The notes under the pieces: model-generated
Told to the model about the DNA's origin: nothing
The model's input: the letters and a program-made list of their open reading frames with translations, nothing else
Database searches by the model: none
In this document: piece by piece, positions 23,281 to 35,831 of the stretch
Position numbering within the stretch: the first letter of the stretch is position 1
How the letters are laid out: each line of letters starts with the position of its first letter
Program-made: the position numbers and the translations under genes
DNA from: Squalus acanthias
Lineage: Eukaryota
Length of the DNA stretch: 64,000 bases
Reading direction: 5' to 3'
Assembly: GCA_030390025.1 (NCBI GenBank)
Contig: CM059431.1
Coordinates: forward strand, 107,076,001-107,140,000

Positions 23281-24370
23281 GGCCCAGAATCTGCTGCCAA
23301 AATAACGGCCGTTATTAGTGTGAAAATCGACCAACAACTTGTGACCGGGAAGAGATACCCTGTGAATTGCGAATCGTCACAAGTTGGTCGACGATTTGCG
23401 CCTCGTGAAAACGACAGCTCGCCCTAAACCTCCCTGTGAGTTTCAAGAAATTCCTGTATTTGCGCATTAATTGCCAATGAAACTCAACGCAGAAAGTTAG
23501 GGCTGGTACTTAACAGCATAATGACGAGATTTCTGTTTTTGCAATGCCACTCAACCTCAGTGGCTCAGAAAGGGAGCAAATGAAACTGTGGAGTCACATT
23601 CCTACTAGTAGTAAATTGCTGGGGATTTTTAAAATTTAAAATTTAATTTTCTTAATTTTTTTTCTTACTTTTTATTGGATTACATAGGATTACATAGGAT
23701 ATACGGCACAGAAACAGGCCATTCAGCCCAACCAGTCCATGCCGGCGTTTATGCTCCACTTGAGCCTCCTCCCACCTTTCCTCATCTAAATCTATCAGCA
23801 TAACCCTCTATTCCCTTCTCCCTCATATGCTTGTCTAGCCTCCCCTTAAATGCATCTATACTATTCGCCTCAACCACTCCCTGTGGTAGCGAGTTCCACA
23901 TTCTCACCACCCGCTGGGTAAAGAAGTTTCTTCTGAATTCCCTGTTGGATTTCTTGGTGACTATCTTATATTGATGGCCTCTAGTTATGCTCTTCCCCAT
24001 AAGTGGAAACATTCTCTCTGTATCCACTCTATCAACATTTTTCATAATTTTACAGACCTCTATTAGGTCATCCCTCAGCCTTCTTTTTGCAAGAGAAAAG
24101 AGACCCAGTCTGTTCATCCTTTCCTGATATGTATACCGTCGCATTTCTGCTTTCTGTCTCTTTTTTCTCTCGCTCTTCCCTCTCTTTATTTCTCTTTGAT
24201 TTGACTCTAATTCACCCTATTTCCTTCTCTGTCGTTTCTCTCTTTCTTTCTTGATCCTTAAATCTCATTGATTAAGGTGATAGGCTGTTGGTCCCGTCGT
24301 TCACAAACGTCCCAGATGCCCCGTTGTCCACACATTTTCCGAGCTGAAGGGTGAGGGATTTTCTTCCCTT
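23281..24370. mobile_element. Probable MITE interrupted by CR1
   Basis: Starts aat|ggcccagaatc with a CpG-rich arm; right end not clearly resolved. Confidence 0.45.
23677..24150 (-). mobile_element. CR1 3' fragment
   Basis: YQERMNRLGLFSL..RRLRDDL..FFTQRVVRMWNSLP; (ggattacata)n tail. Confidence 0.92.
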
Positions 24371-24744
24371 TGCTAGTCCATGGGCACTAAGGCACAGAAT
24401 ACCTGTTGAGCTGTACCTCAGCATGAGGTACAGAGCACAGCACCTTTACAAAAGAATGAGAGAAAATTGGACACAGGTAACAAAAATAAAATAGCATTTG
24501 GGCCAATTATTAGGATGTTCAGTAGAATCAACTGAAACAATGTTCTATATCCAATAGTACAAGGCCAACTCCACAAATATTATGACCTGGATTTTCCTTG
24601 GTAGTGCAGCCAGGTTTTGGGGTATTGAGGTGTTCAAGAAGAACACTGATGCAGGAGGATAGTCCACCGTATCTCTACCCCAAAATCTGCTCATCAAGAT
24701 TTTGCACCAAAGACCCACCAGTAACCTTCGCTGCCCACTCTGAG

Positions 24745-25210
24745 CCCGTTCCGCTACATGGCTCAGTGGGGAGCACTCTCGTCCCTGAGTCGGAAGGTTG
24801 TGGGTTCAAGTCTTACTCCATGAGACTTGAGCACAAAATCCAGGCTGACACTCCAGTGCAGCAATGAAGGAGTACTGCAGTGTCGGAGGTGCCGTCTTTC
24901 AGATGAGACATTAAATCGAGACCCCGTCTGCTCTCTCAGGTGGACGTAAAAGATCCCATGGCACTTTTTCGAAAAAGAGCCGGAGAGTTCTCCCCGGTGT
25001 CCTGGCCAATATTTATCCCTCAACCAACATCACTAAAACAGATTATCAGGTCATAATCACGTTGCTGTTTGTGGGAGCTTGCTGTGCACACATTGGCTGC
25101 CGCATTTCCTGCATTACAACAGTAACTACAATTAAAAAGTACTTAATTGGCTGTAAAGCACTTTGGGATGTCGTGAAAGGCGCTATATAAATACAAGTCT
25201 TTCTTTCCTT
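24745..25210 (+). mobile_element. Full-length Deu-SINE
   Basis: A box tggctcagtgg, B box gggttcaagtc, Deu core, L2-like tail aaggcgctatataaatacaagtctttctttc. Confidence 0.92.
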
Positions 25211-25687
25211 GTGTAAATAGTGTGTGCGCATGGTTTAATGAACCTGCTATTTCACTCTGTTATTGACCCTATTCTGCCCCTGGGATGCAACATCATTATA
25301 AATGTGGCATTGTGAAGGACAACGTGGGGTCCCAGAATTGCTAGGGCCAAATTGAGGCCATATTTTCTGGAAAACATTTCTTTAACCTACAGCTCTTTCA
25401 CAGACTGGGAATGGCCTGCAACTTTTGGCGTCTTTTCACATCCTTGGCACTTAACATTACTTCTGAACTTTAAACTGGTGTAATTTGGATCCAAATTTAG
25501 CTGGAAACCATCTCCAAAGGCTGTTCTTTTCATCCAATCAAATGTCATGAATCCAAAGATTGACATGGTAGTATCACTGATGCAACAAGTCAATCTTTAT
25601 CTCCTTTAGCTTTTGGTTTTGTGACGTATTAATGTTACCGACTGCGCACGTGTGGTTTTTGTACAGTTGGCTGTTGTTATCCCAAAG

Positions 25688-26520
25688 GAACATAAGAACA
25701 TAAGAAATAGGAGCAGGAGTCGGCCATTTGGCCCTTCGAGCCTGCTCCGCCATTCAATAAGATCATGGCTGATCTTCTACCTCATCAATTTCCTGCACTA
25801 ACCCCATATCCCTTGATTCCCTTAATATTCAAAAATCTATGGATCTCTATCTTGAATAAACTCAACGACTGAGCCTCCACAGCCCTATGGGGTAGAGAAT
25901 TCCAAAGATTCACCACCCTCTGAGTGAAGAAATTTCTCCTCCTCTCAGTCCTAAATGGCCGACCACTTATTCTGAGACTGTGACCCCTGGTTCTAGACTC
26001 CCCAGCCAGGAGAAACATCCTCCCTGTATCTACCCTGTCAAGCCCTATAAGAATTTTGTATGTTTCAATGAGATCACCTCTCATTCTTCTAAACTCCAGA
26101 GAATATAGGCCTAGTCTACTCAATCTCTCCTCATAACACAATCCCCCCTTCCCAGGAACCAGTCCAGTGAACCTTCGTTGCACTCCCTCTATGGCAAGTA
26201 TATCCTTCCTTAGGTAAGGAGACCAAAACTGTACACAATACTCCAGGTGTGGTCTCACCAGGGCCCTATATAATTGCAGTAAGACGTCTTTACTCTTATA
26301 CTCAAATCCTCTTGTAATAAACACCAACATACCATTTGCTTTCCTAATTGCTTGCTGTACCTGCATGTTAACTTTCAGTGATTCGTGTACAAGGACACCC
26401 AGATCCCTCTGAACACCAACATTTCCCAATCTCTCACAATTTAAAAAATACTCTGCTTTTCTATTTTTCCTACCAAAGTGGATAACTTCACATTTCTCCA
26501 CTTTATATTCCGTTTGCCAG
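25688..26520 (-). mobile_element. CR1 3' fragment
   Basis: EKCEVIHFGRKN..RDLGVLV..LYRALVRPHLEYCVQFWSP..WNSLP; (aacataag)n tail. Confidence 0.95.
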
Positions 26521-27139
26521 TGAAACTTGCCAGTTTCACTAAGATTGGCAAATGACAACACCGATTCTTGGCCAGGTCTTGTAGTTGTTGGTCTTTGGCT
26601 GCTGCATGACCCTCACAGGTTGACTCCAGCATGGTTCATGACCAATGTAAAAGCAACTTTGCGTGCTTTTATCATCACCAGCGTACTGTACAACATTCAT
26701 TAGCATGAGATATATAGCTTTTTCCCACTTGCTGAGGCGGCGCATTTGAATTATTTAAACTATCACTTTATTGGGTGCCTTAACTGCTGCTGGCAATTTA
26801 ATGCACTCTGTAATAGGGTCTGCACTGTTCATGGTGAGACAGTAAGCAAATGCATTTACTATTGCATAACTGTCTAACATGCCTTAATGTTCGACAGTTT
26901 GAATGTCACCCCATTAGGTCTGGCATTATTATTGACTCAGTCATGTTGAAATGTTAAAAGGCTAATTGCAAAGCTTGGTGCACCTCTGGTACTTTGTGGT
27001 TACCTAAAAAAAAAATTGCATAACCGATTTGATAAGATCTTTGGAAATTGTTCAGGCAATTGTCCCATGCATACTATTTCTATTACACTATCAAATATCA
27101 ACATAACTGCCATTGACGTGTACACTGTAGTAACAATGT

Positions 27140-27395
27140 AAACATAGGAACAGGAGAAGACCTAGCAAGCCTCTCCACCCTTCTGTTAGCTATAGCATCC
27201 CTTTATCTTTCTAATGCCAATTGCCTTCCCTTCCTCCATATTCCTTCAGACGTTCTACCTTTCAAAAACCTCAAACGATTCTTCATTTTGGGGCAGCGCA
27301 TTTCACATTCTCACAACTCTTTGTGTGAAGAAAATTTTCTGGATTCGCTTTTGACCGGCTTAGCTCAGTGTTTTAAAATGATGTCCCCTTGTGCC
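27140..27395 (-). mobile_element. Decayed CR1 3' end
   Basis: aacataggaacaggag..tttcacattctcacaactctttgtgtgaagaaa. Confidence 0.6.
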
Positions 27396-27999
27396 ATGTT
27401 TTATGATTGTTCACTTTAAGTCCAATATCAAAGAAGGAAATCTAAATAATTAAAATGTGTGTTCAAAAAAGAATTGCACTTTTTCATTATTTTATTCTTT
27501 TTTTACGATTATTTCTATTGTTTGATTTGCATGGGTTATACAATTCTGAAGTAGAAGGACTGATGGAAAGATTTATTTAGGTACAGTTGTTCCTTTACTT
27601 CTGTTAATCAGTTTTTCTTGTTTCTGATGTGTTCGTAGATATACCAGCCCATACTGACCATACAAATATGGAAATAATAGAGTAGACTGGTCACTGTTTA
27701 AAAACAGTTCAGTACAAAAGTAGCTTTACATCTCTCACAGTTGACTGATCAAAATATTTCTCAACCCTCCAGCTGATTCCTTTAGATTCTCATCAGTCCT
27801 CCAGCTGATTCATATATAATGCTTTTTTTTAATCAATCCACAAAGAATATTTTCTGCCTCAGTCTCTGAATTATGTTGAAGTCTATGAGCAAAAAGTTCA
27901 AGCTCCTTGATACCAACCAGTTGGAGGGAGACTCTCTCACCCTGCCACTGATGTAGCTCTCCCACTTTTGTTTTCAGTCCACCTTCTGCTCCACTGATT

Positions 28000-28250
28000 C
28001 ATCCTCCTCCCACTTTCATCTTCCTCTTCCCCATTTGTCTCCGTTTTCCCTCCTCGTTCCCCTTCCTATTCCGTTTCTACCCTCATTGCCCTCTCTCGCT
28101 CTCTGCTCCCCTTCCCTTCCCCTCTCCCACTTCCTTCCACTCCTCTTCTTTCCTCTCCCTTTCCCTCTCCCTTTCCTACCCTATTTCCCTTTCAATCCCC
28201 TCCCCGCACCCACTCCCCTTTTCATCTCCATCCTCTCTCTCCCCTACCTC
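28000..28250. repeat. C/T-rich low-complexity tract
   Basis: Nearly pure pyrimidine on the + strand. Confidence 0.8.
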
Positions 28251-28699
28251 GGTTTAAAAACATGACTCGTGTGTCCCGCTCATGGCTCCATATATTTAAA
28301 CAGCTTTGTGATTAGTCTCACTCAATTTGATCACAAATCTTACGCCGAGTATTTCCTCACTGCGAACAGCTCTGACTTAAGGGGATTCATTAACAATGAT
28401 ATCCTTATGTAAGCATGACTTCTGTCACTGTGCTGGAACACAAGAATTATTGCAAAATGCTTCCAAGGTTAGCAGCTAACCGAAAAGGCCCAAGTCATCC
28501 TGCTTGTGGATGGAGGGACTGCTTTGGCAGTATCTCTGCATCATTTGTTGCTGCTGAGCTGCTAATACGCTATTTTCCACATTGCTGCATTTCAGTTTAT
28601 CAAGCTAACCCATTGAAACAAAACAGGTTTTCACTAATTTATTTAACATGCCAAATCAGGTGAAATGCAAATTCATTGCCGTCTGTAAATTGCCACACG

Positions 28700-29025
28700 A
28701 TGATCCACAGAGCGATCACAATAGAAGATTGCATTTGTACCTGAATCAGTGCTCACGGAAGAGCTGCTGGACCAGCTGTGGAGTTAAAATCAATTCCTCC
28801 CAAGCCCGAAAGCTCATAAAGCAGCATGGGGAAAAAGTTGCTGAGCAGCTGAATGTGATCACTCACAATAAAAGAAATAACTTGGCAAGGTGTCAGAAAA
28901 CAGGTTCAATAATGTCAAGAAGACGGCCAAGGAGAAGATTGTGTTCAAGTTCCTTGCCAAAGCACTTGAGGAGAAACGCAACCTCTGACCTCTGATACCT
29001 GCTGAGGAGAAAGCATCAGAACTTC
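28700..29025 (+). pseudogene. Ancient Harbinger Myb/SANT-like relic
   Basis: Across frameshifts: AAW/EKVAEQLNV..KR/TWQGVRK/RFNNVKKTAKEK..PAEEKASEL. Confidence 0.7.
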
Positions 29026-29469
29026 TATTTATGTTAATGCAACCGCAATCAGGCTTCTGTGTCGGGGTGGCTAATATTAGAGATGACTTGCAATCTCTGC
29101 TGCGTGTGTAATTGTCGGATGTTGGGAATGCAACAGCCAGATAAATTACTGTCTGTAAGCTTGGGAAGATTTCTGTTGTCCCTTTAGGTGAATTGAAAAG
29201 TGCTACGTCTGAATACCTAAGAAGGCCAGCTCAAGCAAACATCCCCTGAAGGTCACATTTAATCTTGCCAACCAGTAATCTCACTCCCCCACCCCTAGCC
29301 GTGCAGTGAATCAATTCTGAAAATGCGATCAAACCACACTTGGCCGGCTGAACATGTTTCATAAACAAAGCGGACTCCTTGAACATAAGCCGTTTTGTGC
29401 TTTCCCTCCCACTCCCCGCAGTGATTACTTTTCAGACATTTCGCTTCAGCAATAATTCCTGTTAAGGAA

Positions 29470-29873
29470 GATAGAAAGAAAGAAAGACTTGCATTTATAT
29501 AGCGCCTTTCATGACCACTGGACATCTCAAAACACTTTACAACCAATGAAGCACTTTTTTGGAGTGTGTGAAACGCGGCAGCCAATTTGCGCACAGCAAG
29601 GTCCCACAAACAGCAATGTGATAATGACCAGATCACCTGTTTTTGTTATGTTGATTGAGGGATAAATATTGGCCAGGACACCGGGGATAACTCCCCTGCT
29701 CTTCTTCAAAGTAGTGCCGTGGGATCTTTTACGTCCACCTGAGAGAACAGACGGGGCCTCGTTTTAACGTCTCATCTGAAAGATGGCACCTCCGACAGTG
29801 CAGCACACCCTCAGTACTGCACTGGGAGCGTCAGCCAAGATTTATGTGCTCAAGTCTCTGGAGTGGGACTTGA
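29470..29873 (-). mobile_element. Deu-SINE, 5'-truncated
   Basis: Reverse complement colinear with 24800-25210. Confidence 0.92.
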
Positions 29874-30009
29874 AAGATAACCAATATTGTGATGTCCCTA
29901 TTTTTATTTCTTTCACTTCAGGCAGCTTTTCTTTTTTCAGAAGGCACAGTAAATGGGCCTAGGTTAGATTTATTTCCTGCTTCCATTGGACATCGCACAA
30001 AGGAGTCCA

Positions 30010-30830
30010 CATCTCAATAATGATGCCCTGCTGGATTGCTAAATCATGTAAGAGACCACATACAACAAATATCTCGCACACCATTTGAGATATGCAAGGT
30101 ATTTGCTATAAGGCACCTCTGTCAACGTAACAGAACGTAGGTTTGAACATGCCAACGCTTTTTGTTGCTGGTTTCCCCCGTTGTGTTATGTCTTCATTAT
30201 GTCATGGTCTCCATCATATTCACACACTGCAGGACATTGAGCTCAACGTGAAAAAGCTCTGTGATCATCATAAGTAGTTGCCGTAAATATGTGTGGTGAG
30301 GCTTTGTGTATTTGCAAATGGTACCCTTTGCAATTATCACACCCTATTACATTGTGTGTCTAAGTGCACATCGCTTTACATGTGAGCACTCTCCCTGAGA
30401 AAAACCTGAGTAAATTCCAATAATGCATAAAAAATATTGCTACCTATTATTGTCAGTTTCAGGCAAATGAATGAATCAGGAAGCTTTCATTAACCGTCTC
30501 CTGAATGCAATTGGACTTTATGAAATGAAAGATGCCAACCTGATGACTTCCTAAGGCCAGGAAGGAGCCCATGAGTGTATAAATTCATTGAGGCTGTTTT
30601 CTTCATAGCTATACATTGTGCAGTGTGAATCGAAAAAAGGAAGATTACTTCATGGTCAGCATACAGCTGATCTCATATGTCAGCGAGCACATCTCTGCTG
30701 AGGTGAAAATGATGCAGGTGCTGTTGTTCTGACAGTGCCAAATACTGTAGCTGGTTCTTGGTCTGTATATTCTCTGAAAAGGATAATTCCTCATCTTCCT
30801 GAAGCTGCTTCTCCTTCTGTTACTTTCTCT
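30010..30830 (-). pseudogene. Ancient Harbinger (HARBI1-like) transposase relic
   Basis: Across frameshifts: RNYPFQRIYRPRTSY/LALSEQQ..HLSRDVLADI; NCKGYH (compare NRKGYH); VGMFK..FCYVDRGAL..CEIFVVCGLLHDLA. Confidence 0.7.
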
Positions 30831-30909
30831 CTCTCTCTCTACTGTTATAAAGGTGGTGCCACCAGAACATAGTATCCACTGTAATGTAATATCGCTGCTA
30901 TTCAATAGT

Positions 30910-31184
30910 GGCCCTGATTTTAACTCCAGGTGGATTCCTCGCTCAGGCCTGAGTTAAAATTACAGTCGGGTCTCAATGATGTCATCGGGCCGCAACATGC
31001 CTGTGTAAAGAAGGACCCTGTTGGCTCCGGGCATGTGTCCTTGCTGCCTGCTCAGGAGAGCAGGTTAAAATTGTAGATGTTGCGATCATGGCGGCTTTCG
31101 GACAGGTAAGAGTCAGGGTGATTTTAACTGACCGCCCGCCCACCCGCCAGGTTTCTGTTGAGCGAGTAGGGTTAAAATTGCCCC
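30910..31184. mobile_element. Short MITE
   Basis: ggccctgattttaac...gttaaaattgcccc; inverted second copy at 43275-43495. Confidence 0.78.
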
Positions 31185-31398
31185 TGTCCCAGTCGTGCTC
31201 TAACATACATAAGTTGGGACTTTTGAAAACTGGTATTTCATACAGAAAATATCATCTTCAGCTTAGTTTACTCTCTAGTAACTAGGTTAACTGTTAAACG
31301 TTCAGCAGTCTCAGGGAGTTCTGTACACCCTGGGCCAGATACTGTATCCAATTGTAGGTCATGATTTGTGATAACCTTTATATCAGTAATAATACTAC

Positions 31399-34300
31399 TT
31401 ATTCATTCATGGGATGTGGGTGTCGCTGGCAAGGCCAGCATTTATTGTTCATCCCTAATTACCCTTGAGAAAGTGGTGGTGAGCCTTGAACTGTGGCAGT
31501 CCGTGTGGTGAAGATACTCCCACAGTGCTATTAGGGAGGGAGTTTCAGGATTTTGACCCAGCAACGATGAAGGAATGGCAACATATTTCCAAGTCAGGAT
31601 GGTGTGTAACTTGGAGGGGAATTTCAGGTGATGGTGTTCCCATGCACCTGCTGCCCTTATACTTCTAGGTGGTGGAGGTCGCGGGTTTGGGAGGTGCTGC
31701 CGAAGAAGCCTTGGCGAGTTGTTGCAGTGCATCTTGTAGATGGTACACACTGTAGCCACGGTGCACCGGTGGTGGAGGGAGAGTGAATGTTTAAGATTCA
31801 ATCTTAAACATTCAAGTGGGATGCTTTGTCCTGGATGATGTCGAGCTTCTTGAGTGTTGTTGGAGCTGCACTCATCCAGGCAAGTGGAGACTATTCCATC
31901 ACACTCCTAACTTGTGCCTTATAGGTGGTGGAAAGGATTTGGGGAGTCAGGAGGTGAGACACTCGCTGCAGAATACCCAACGTCTGACCTGCTCTTGTTG
32001 CCATGGTATTTATGTGGCTGGTCCAGTTAAGTTTCTGGTCAGTGGTGATCCCCCAGATGTTGATGGTGGGGAATTCGGTGAAGGTAATACCGTTGAATGT
32101 CAAGGGGCAGTAGTTAAATTCTCGCTTGTTGGAGGTAGTCATTGCCTGACACGAATGTTACTTGCCACTTATCAGTCTAAGCCTGAATGTCATCCAGGTC
32201 TTGCTGCATGCGGGCATGAACTGCTTAATTATCTGAGGAGTTGCAAATGGAACTGAACACTGTGCAATCATCAGCGAACATCCCCACTTCTGACCTTATG
32301 ATGGAGGGAAGGTCATTGATGAAGCAGCTGAAGATGGTTAGGCCTTGGACACTGCCCTGAGGAACTCCTGCAGCGATGTCCTGGGGCTGAGATGATTGAC
32401 CACCAACAACCAGAACCATGTTCCGTTGTGGTTGTTGGAGGTCAATCATCTCAGTGGAGAGTTTTCCCCCTGATTCCCATTGACTTCAGTTTTACTCGGG
32501 CTCCTTGATGCCACACTAGGTCAAATGCTGCCTTGATGTCAAGGGCAGTCACTCTCACCTCACCTCTGGAATTCAGCTCATTTTTCCATGTTTGGACCAA
32601 GTCTGTAATGAGTTCTGGAGCCAAGTGGTCCTGGTGGAACCCAAACTGAGCATCAGTGAGCAGGTTATTGGTGAGTAAGTGCCGCTCAATAACACCTTCC
32701 ATCACTTTGCTGATGATTGAGAGTAGGCTGATGGGGCAGTAATTGGCCAGATTGGATTTGTGCTGCTTTTTGTGGACAGGACATACCTGGGCAGTTTTAC
32801 ACATTGTTGGGTAAATGCCAGTGTTGTAGCTGTGCTGGAACAGCTTGGCTAGAGGCGCGGCTAGTTCTGGAGCACAAGTCTTCAGCACGACAGCCGAGAT
32901 GTTGTCAGGACCAACAGCCTTTGCTGTATTCAGTGCGCTCAGCCGTTTCTTGATATCACGTAGAGTGAATTGAATTGGCTGAAGACTGGCTCCTGTGATG
33001 GTGGGGACCGCAGGAGGAGGCCGATATGGATCATCCATTTGGCACTTCTGGCTGAAGATGGTTGCAAACATTTCAGCCTTGTCTTTTGCATTCACGTGCT
33101 GGGCTCCGCCTTCATTGAGGATTGGGATATTCATGGAGCCTCCTCCTCTCGTTAGTTGCCTAATTGTCCACCACCATTCACGACTGGATGTGGCAGGACT
33201 GCAGAGCTTTGATGTTATTCGTTGATTGCGAGATCGCTTAGCTCTGTCTATAGCATGCTGCTTCCACTGTTTAGCATGCATGTAGTCCTGTGTTGCAGCT
33301 TCCCCAGGTTGGCACCTCATTTTTAGGTACGCCTGGTGCTGTTCCTGGTATGCTCTTCTACACTCCTCATTGAACCAGGTTTGGTCCCCTGGCTTGATGC
33401 TAATGGTAGAGTGAGGGATATGCTGGGCCATGAGGTTACAGATTGTGATGGAATACAATTCTGCTGCTACTGATGGCCCATAGCGCCTCATGGCCCAAAA
33501 ATGTGTGGGTTAGGTTGATTTGGCTATGATAAATTGACCCTTAGTGTTAGGGGGGATTAAATATGTGGGGTTATGGGGATAGGATGGGATATGTTAGGGG
33601 GAATTAAATGCGTGGGGTTACGGGGGTAGGGTGGGATGTGAGTACTGTGGGGATTGGGGCAGGGACAGGGTGCTGGATTTGGATGATCAGCCATGATCGT
33701 ATTGAATGGCGGAGCAGGCTCGACGGGCCGAATGGCCTACTCCTGCTCCTAGATTCTATGTTTCTATGTTTCTATGGATGCCCAGTTTTGAGATGCTAGA
33801 TCTGTTCTGAATCTGTCACATTTAACAACGTGGAAGTGCCACACAACACGATGGAGGGTGTCCTCATTGTGAAGGTGGGACTTCGTCTCCACAAGGACTG
33901 ACTGTGCGGTGGTCACTGCTACCAATACTGTCATGGACAGATGCATCTGCGACAGGTAGATTGGTGAGGACGAGGTCAAGTAGGTTTTTCCCTCGTGTTG
34001 GTTCTCTCACCAGCTGCCGCAGGCCCAGTCTGGCAGTTATGTCCTTCAGGACTCGGCCAGCTCGGTCAGTAGTGGTGCTGCCGAGCCACTCTTGGCGATG
34101 GACATTGAAGTCTCCCACCCAGAGTACATTCTGTGCCCTTGCTACTCTCAGTACTTCTTCCAGGTGGTGTTCAACATGGAGGAGTACTGGGTCATCAGCT
34201 GAGGGAGGGTGATAGGTGGTAATCAGCAGGAGGTTTCCTTGCCCATGCTTGACCTGAAGCCATGAGACTTCTTGGGGTTCGGAGTCAATGTTGAGGACTC

Positions 34301-34946
34301 CCAGGGCCACTCCTTCCCAACTGTAATACCACTGTCCTGCCACAACTGATGGGTCTGTCCTGCCGGTGGGACAGGACATACCCAGGGATGGTGATGGAGG
34401 AGTCTGGGACATTGGCTGAAAGGTATGATTCTGTGAGTATGACTATGTCAGGCTGTTGCTTGACTAGTCTGTGGGACAGCTCTCCTAGTTTTGGCACAAG
34501 TCCCCAGATGATAGTGAGGAGGACTTTGCAGGCTCGACTGGGCTGGGTGTGCCGTTGTCGTGTCCGAATCTGATGGCGAGATCGATGCCGGGTGGTCCAT
34601 GCCGTTTTATTCTTATTATTGCTTTTCGTAGCGGTTTGTTACAACTGAGTGGCTTGCTAGGCCATTTCAGAGGGCAGTTAAGAGTCAACCACATTGCTGT
34701 GGGTCTGGAGTCACATATAGGCCAGACCGGGTAAGGACGGCAGATTTCCTTCCCTAAAGGACATTAGTGAACCAGATGGGTTTATATGACAATCCGTTAG
34801 TTTAATGGTCACCATTACTGATACTAGCTTTTTATTCTAGATTTTTATTTAATTAACTGAATTTAAATAATAACTCACGTCTCTGGATCATTAGTCCAGG
34901 CCCCTGGATTACTAGTCCAGTAACATAACCACTATGCTACTGTTCC
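31399..34946 (-). mobile_element. Near full-length CR1-group LINE (family B): tRNA-like head, APE endonuclease, RT, no ORF1
   Basis: APE: IWGL..PDIVILTESYL, GDFNVH, NLLDLVLTN, SSDH; RT: GPDNI, NYCPISLLS, LDIKAAFD, GVPQGS, MFADD; 3' tail aatgaataa; 5' ggaacagtagcatagtggttatgttactggactagtaatccag. Confidence 0.92.
33494..33773 (+). mobile_element. 5'-truncated V-SINE (HE1-like) with CR1 tail, inserted in the LINE
   Basis: TSD ATGG (33490-33493, 33774-33777); matches about 63060-63160; ~46-bp internal duplication; tail ggcctactcctgctcct..(tttctatg)n. Confidence 0.85.
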
Positions 34947-35831
34947 TGGCTCTGTCAGAGGCAACTTTATTACTGGAACATTAATCACATAGTATTAAAA
35001 TATACAGTATTCAACAATTTTTAAATAAAATGGTTTAAAAACATTACTTTAGCCGTATAAGTCTTTTTGCCCTTTTTTAAGTTTCTCATTTTTTAAATTT
35101 CCTATTTACCTAAATAGCTTATTTTAGTGTTAAACTTTGTTCATTTTCATCTGTATTTCTTCTCCTTCCTCCAAACTCTCCCTTCAGTTTGAGCTGATAC
35201 CCACCTTAATTTAGAGACATCGCCAACTAGCAAAAGACACTGTTCCAAAGACCGTATTAAGCCAGTCAGAAGACGAAGCATCATCGCAACAAATGCAAAA
35301 TACTGCGGATGCTGGAAATAGTCAGCTGTAGGCAGCTCAGTGAGGCCGAAACAGGTTATCACGTAGGCAGCAATCAAAGGATTATGTCATGTTAGTAATT
35401 TTGCCTCAATCCGTGGCGACTTTGTTTCATTTAGTGCCACAAATGCAAACTTGTGGTAATTACAATGGATTATCCAAAAAGCAAACATATTGCTACAAGC
35501 AGTAACTCTGTGGCAACATCACCATACATAGGGAGAAGGATTCTAGCTCAGATTTTAGACTAAATGAACTATATTTGTTGGGAAGATTTGAAATTATCAA
35601 CATTTTTGTAATTTTACCAATTTTAACCCAATTAGCTCTTTTAAATTGCTGTAGATAACAGTTACCACTAGAAGTGCAGATGGATGACTGGAAATGAATA
35701 GCTAGCAACCCATTACTGCCCACTGTGAAGAATCCAGGCCTGAATTACCTTATAACTGCTCACAGTCCAGCAAAAATTAACATTTTTAGCAACAATTGGT
35801 GTCTGTGGTGTGGGGGAGGAGCACGGAGTGA

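Noticed and set aside
25387..25680. GHSQSV-ERAV-like motif suggesting an old hAT-related transposase
   Set aside because: One short frameshifted motif; needs a profile search.
26539..26745. QYAGDD resembling an RT YADD motif
   Set aside because: No other RT motifs nearby.
35336..35356. cagtgaggccgaaac resembling a hammerhead core
   Set aside because: Lacks CUGANGA and has no stem I or III.
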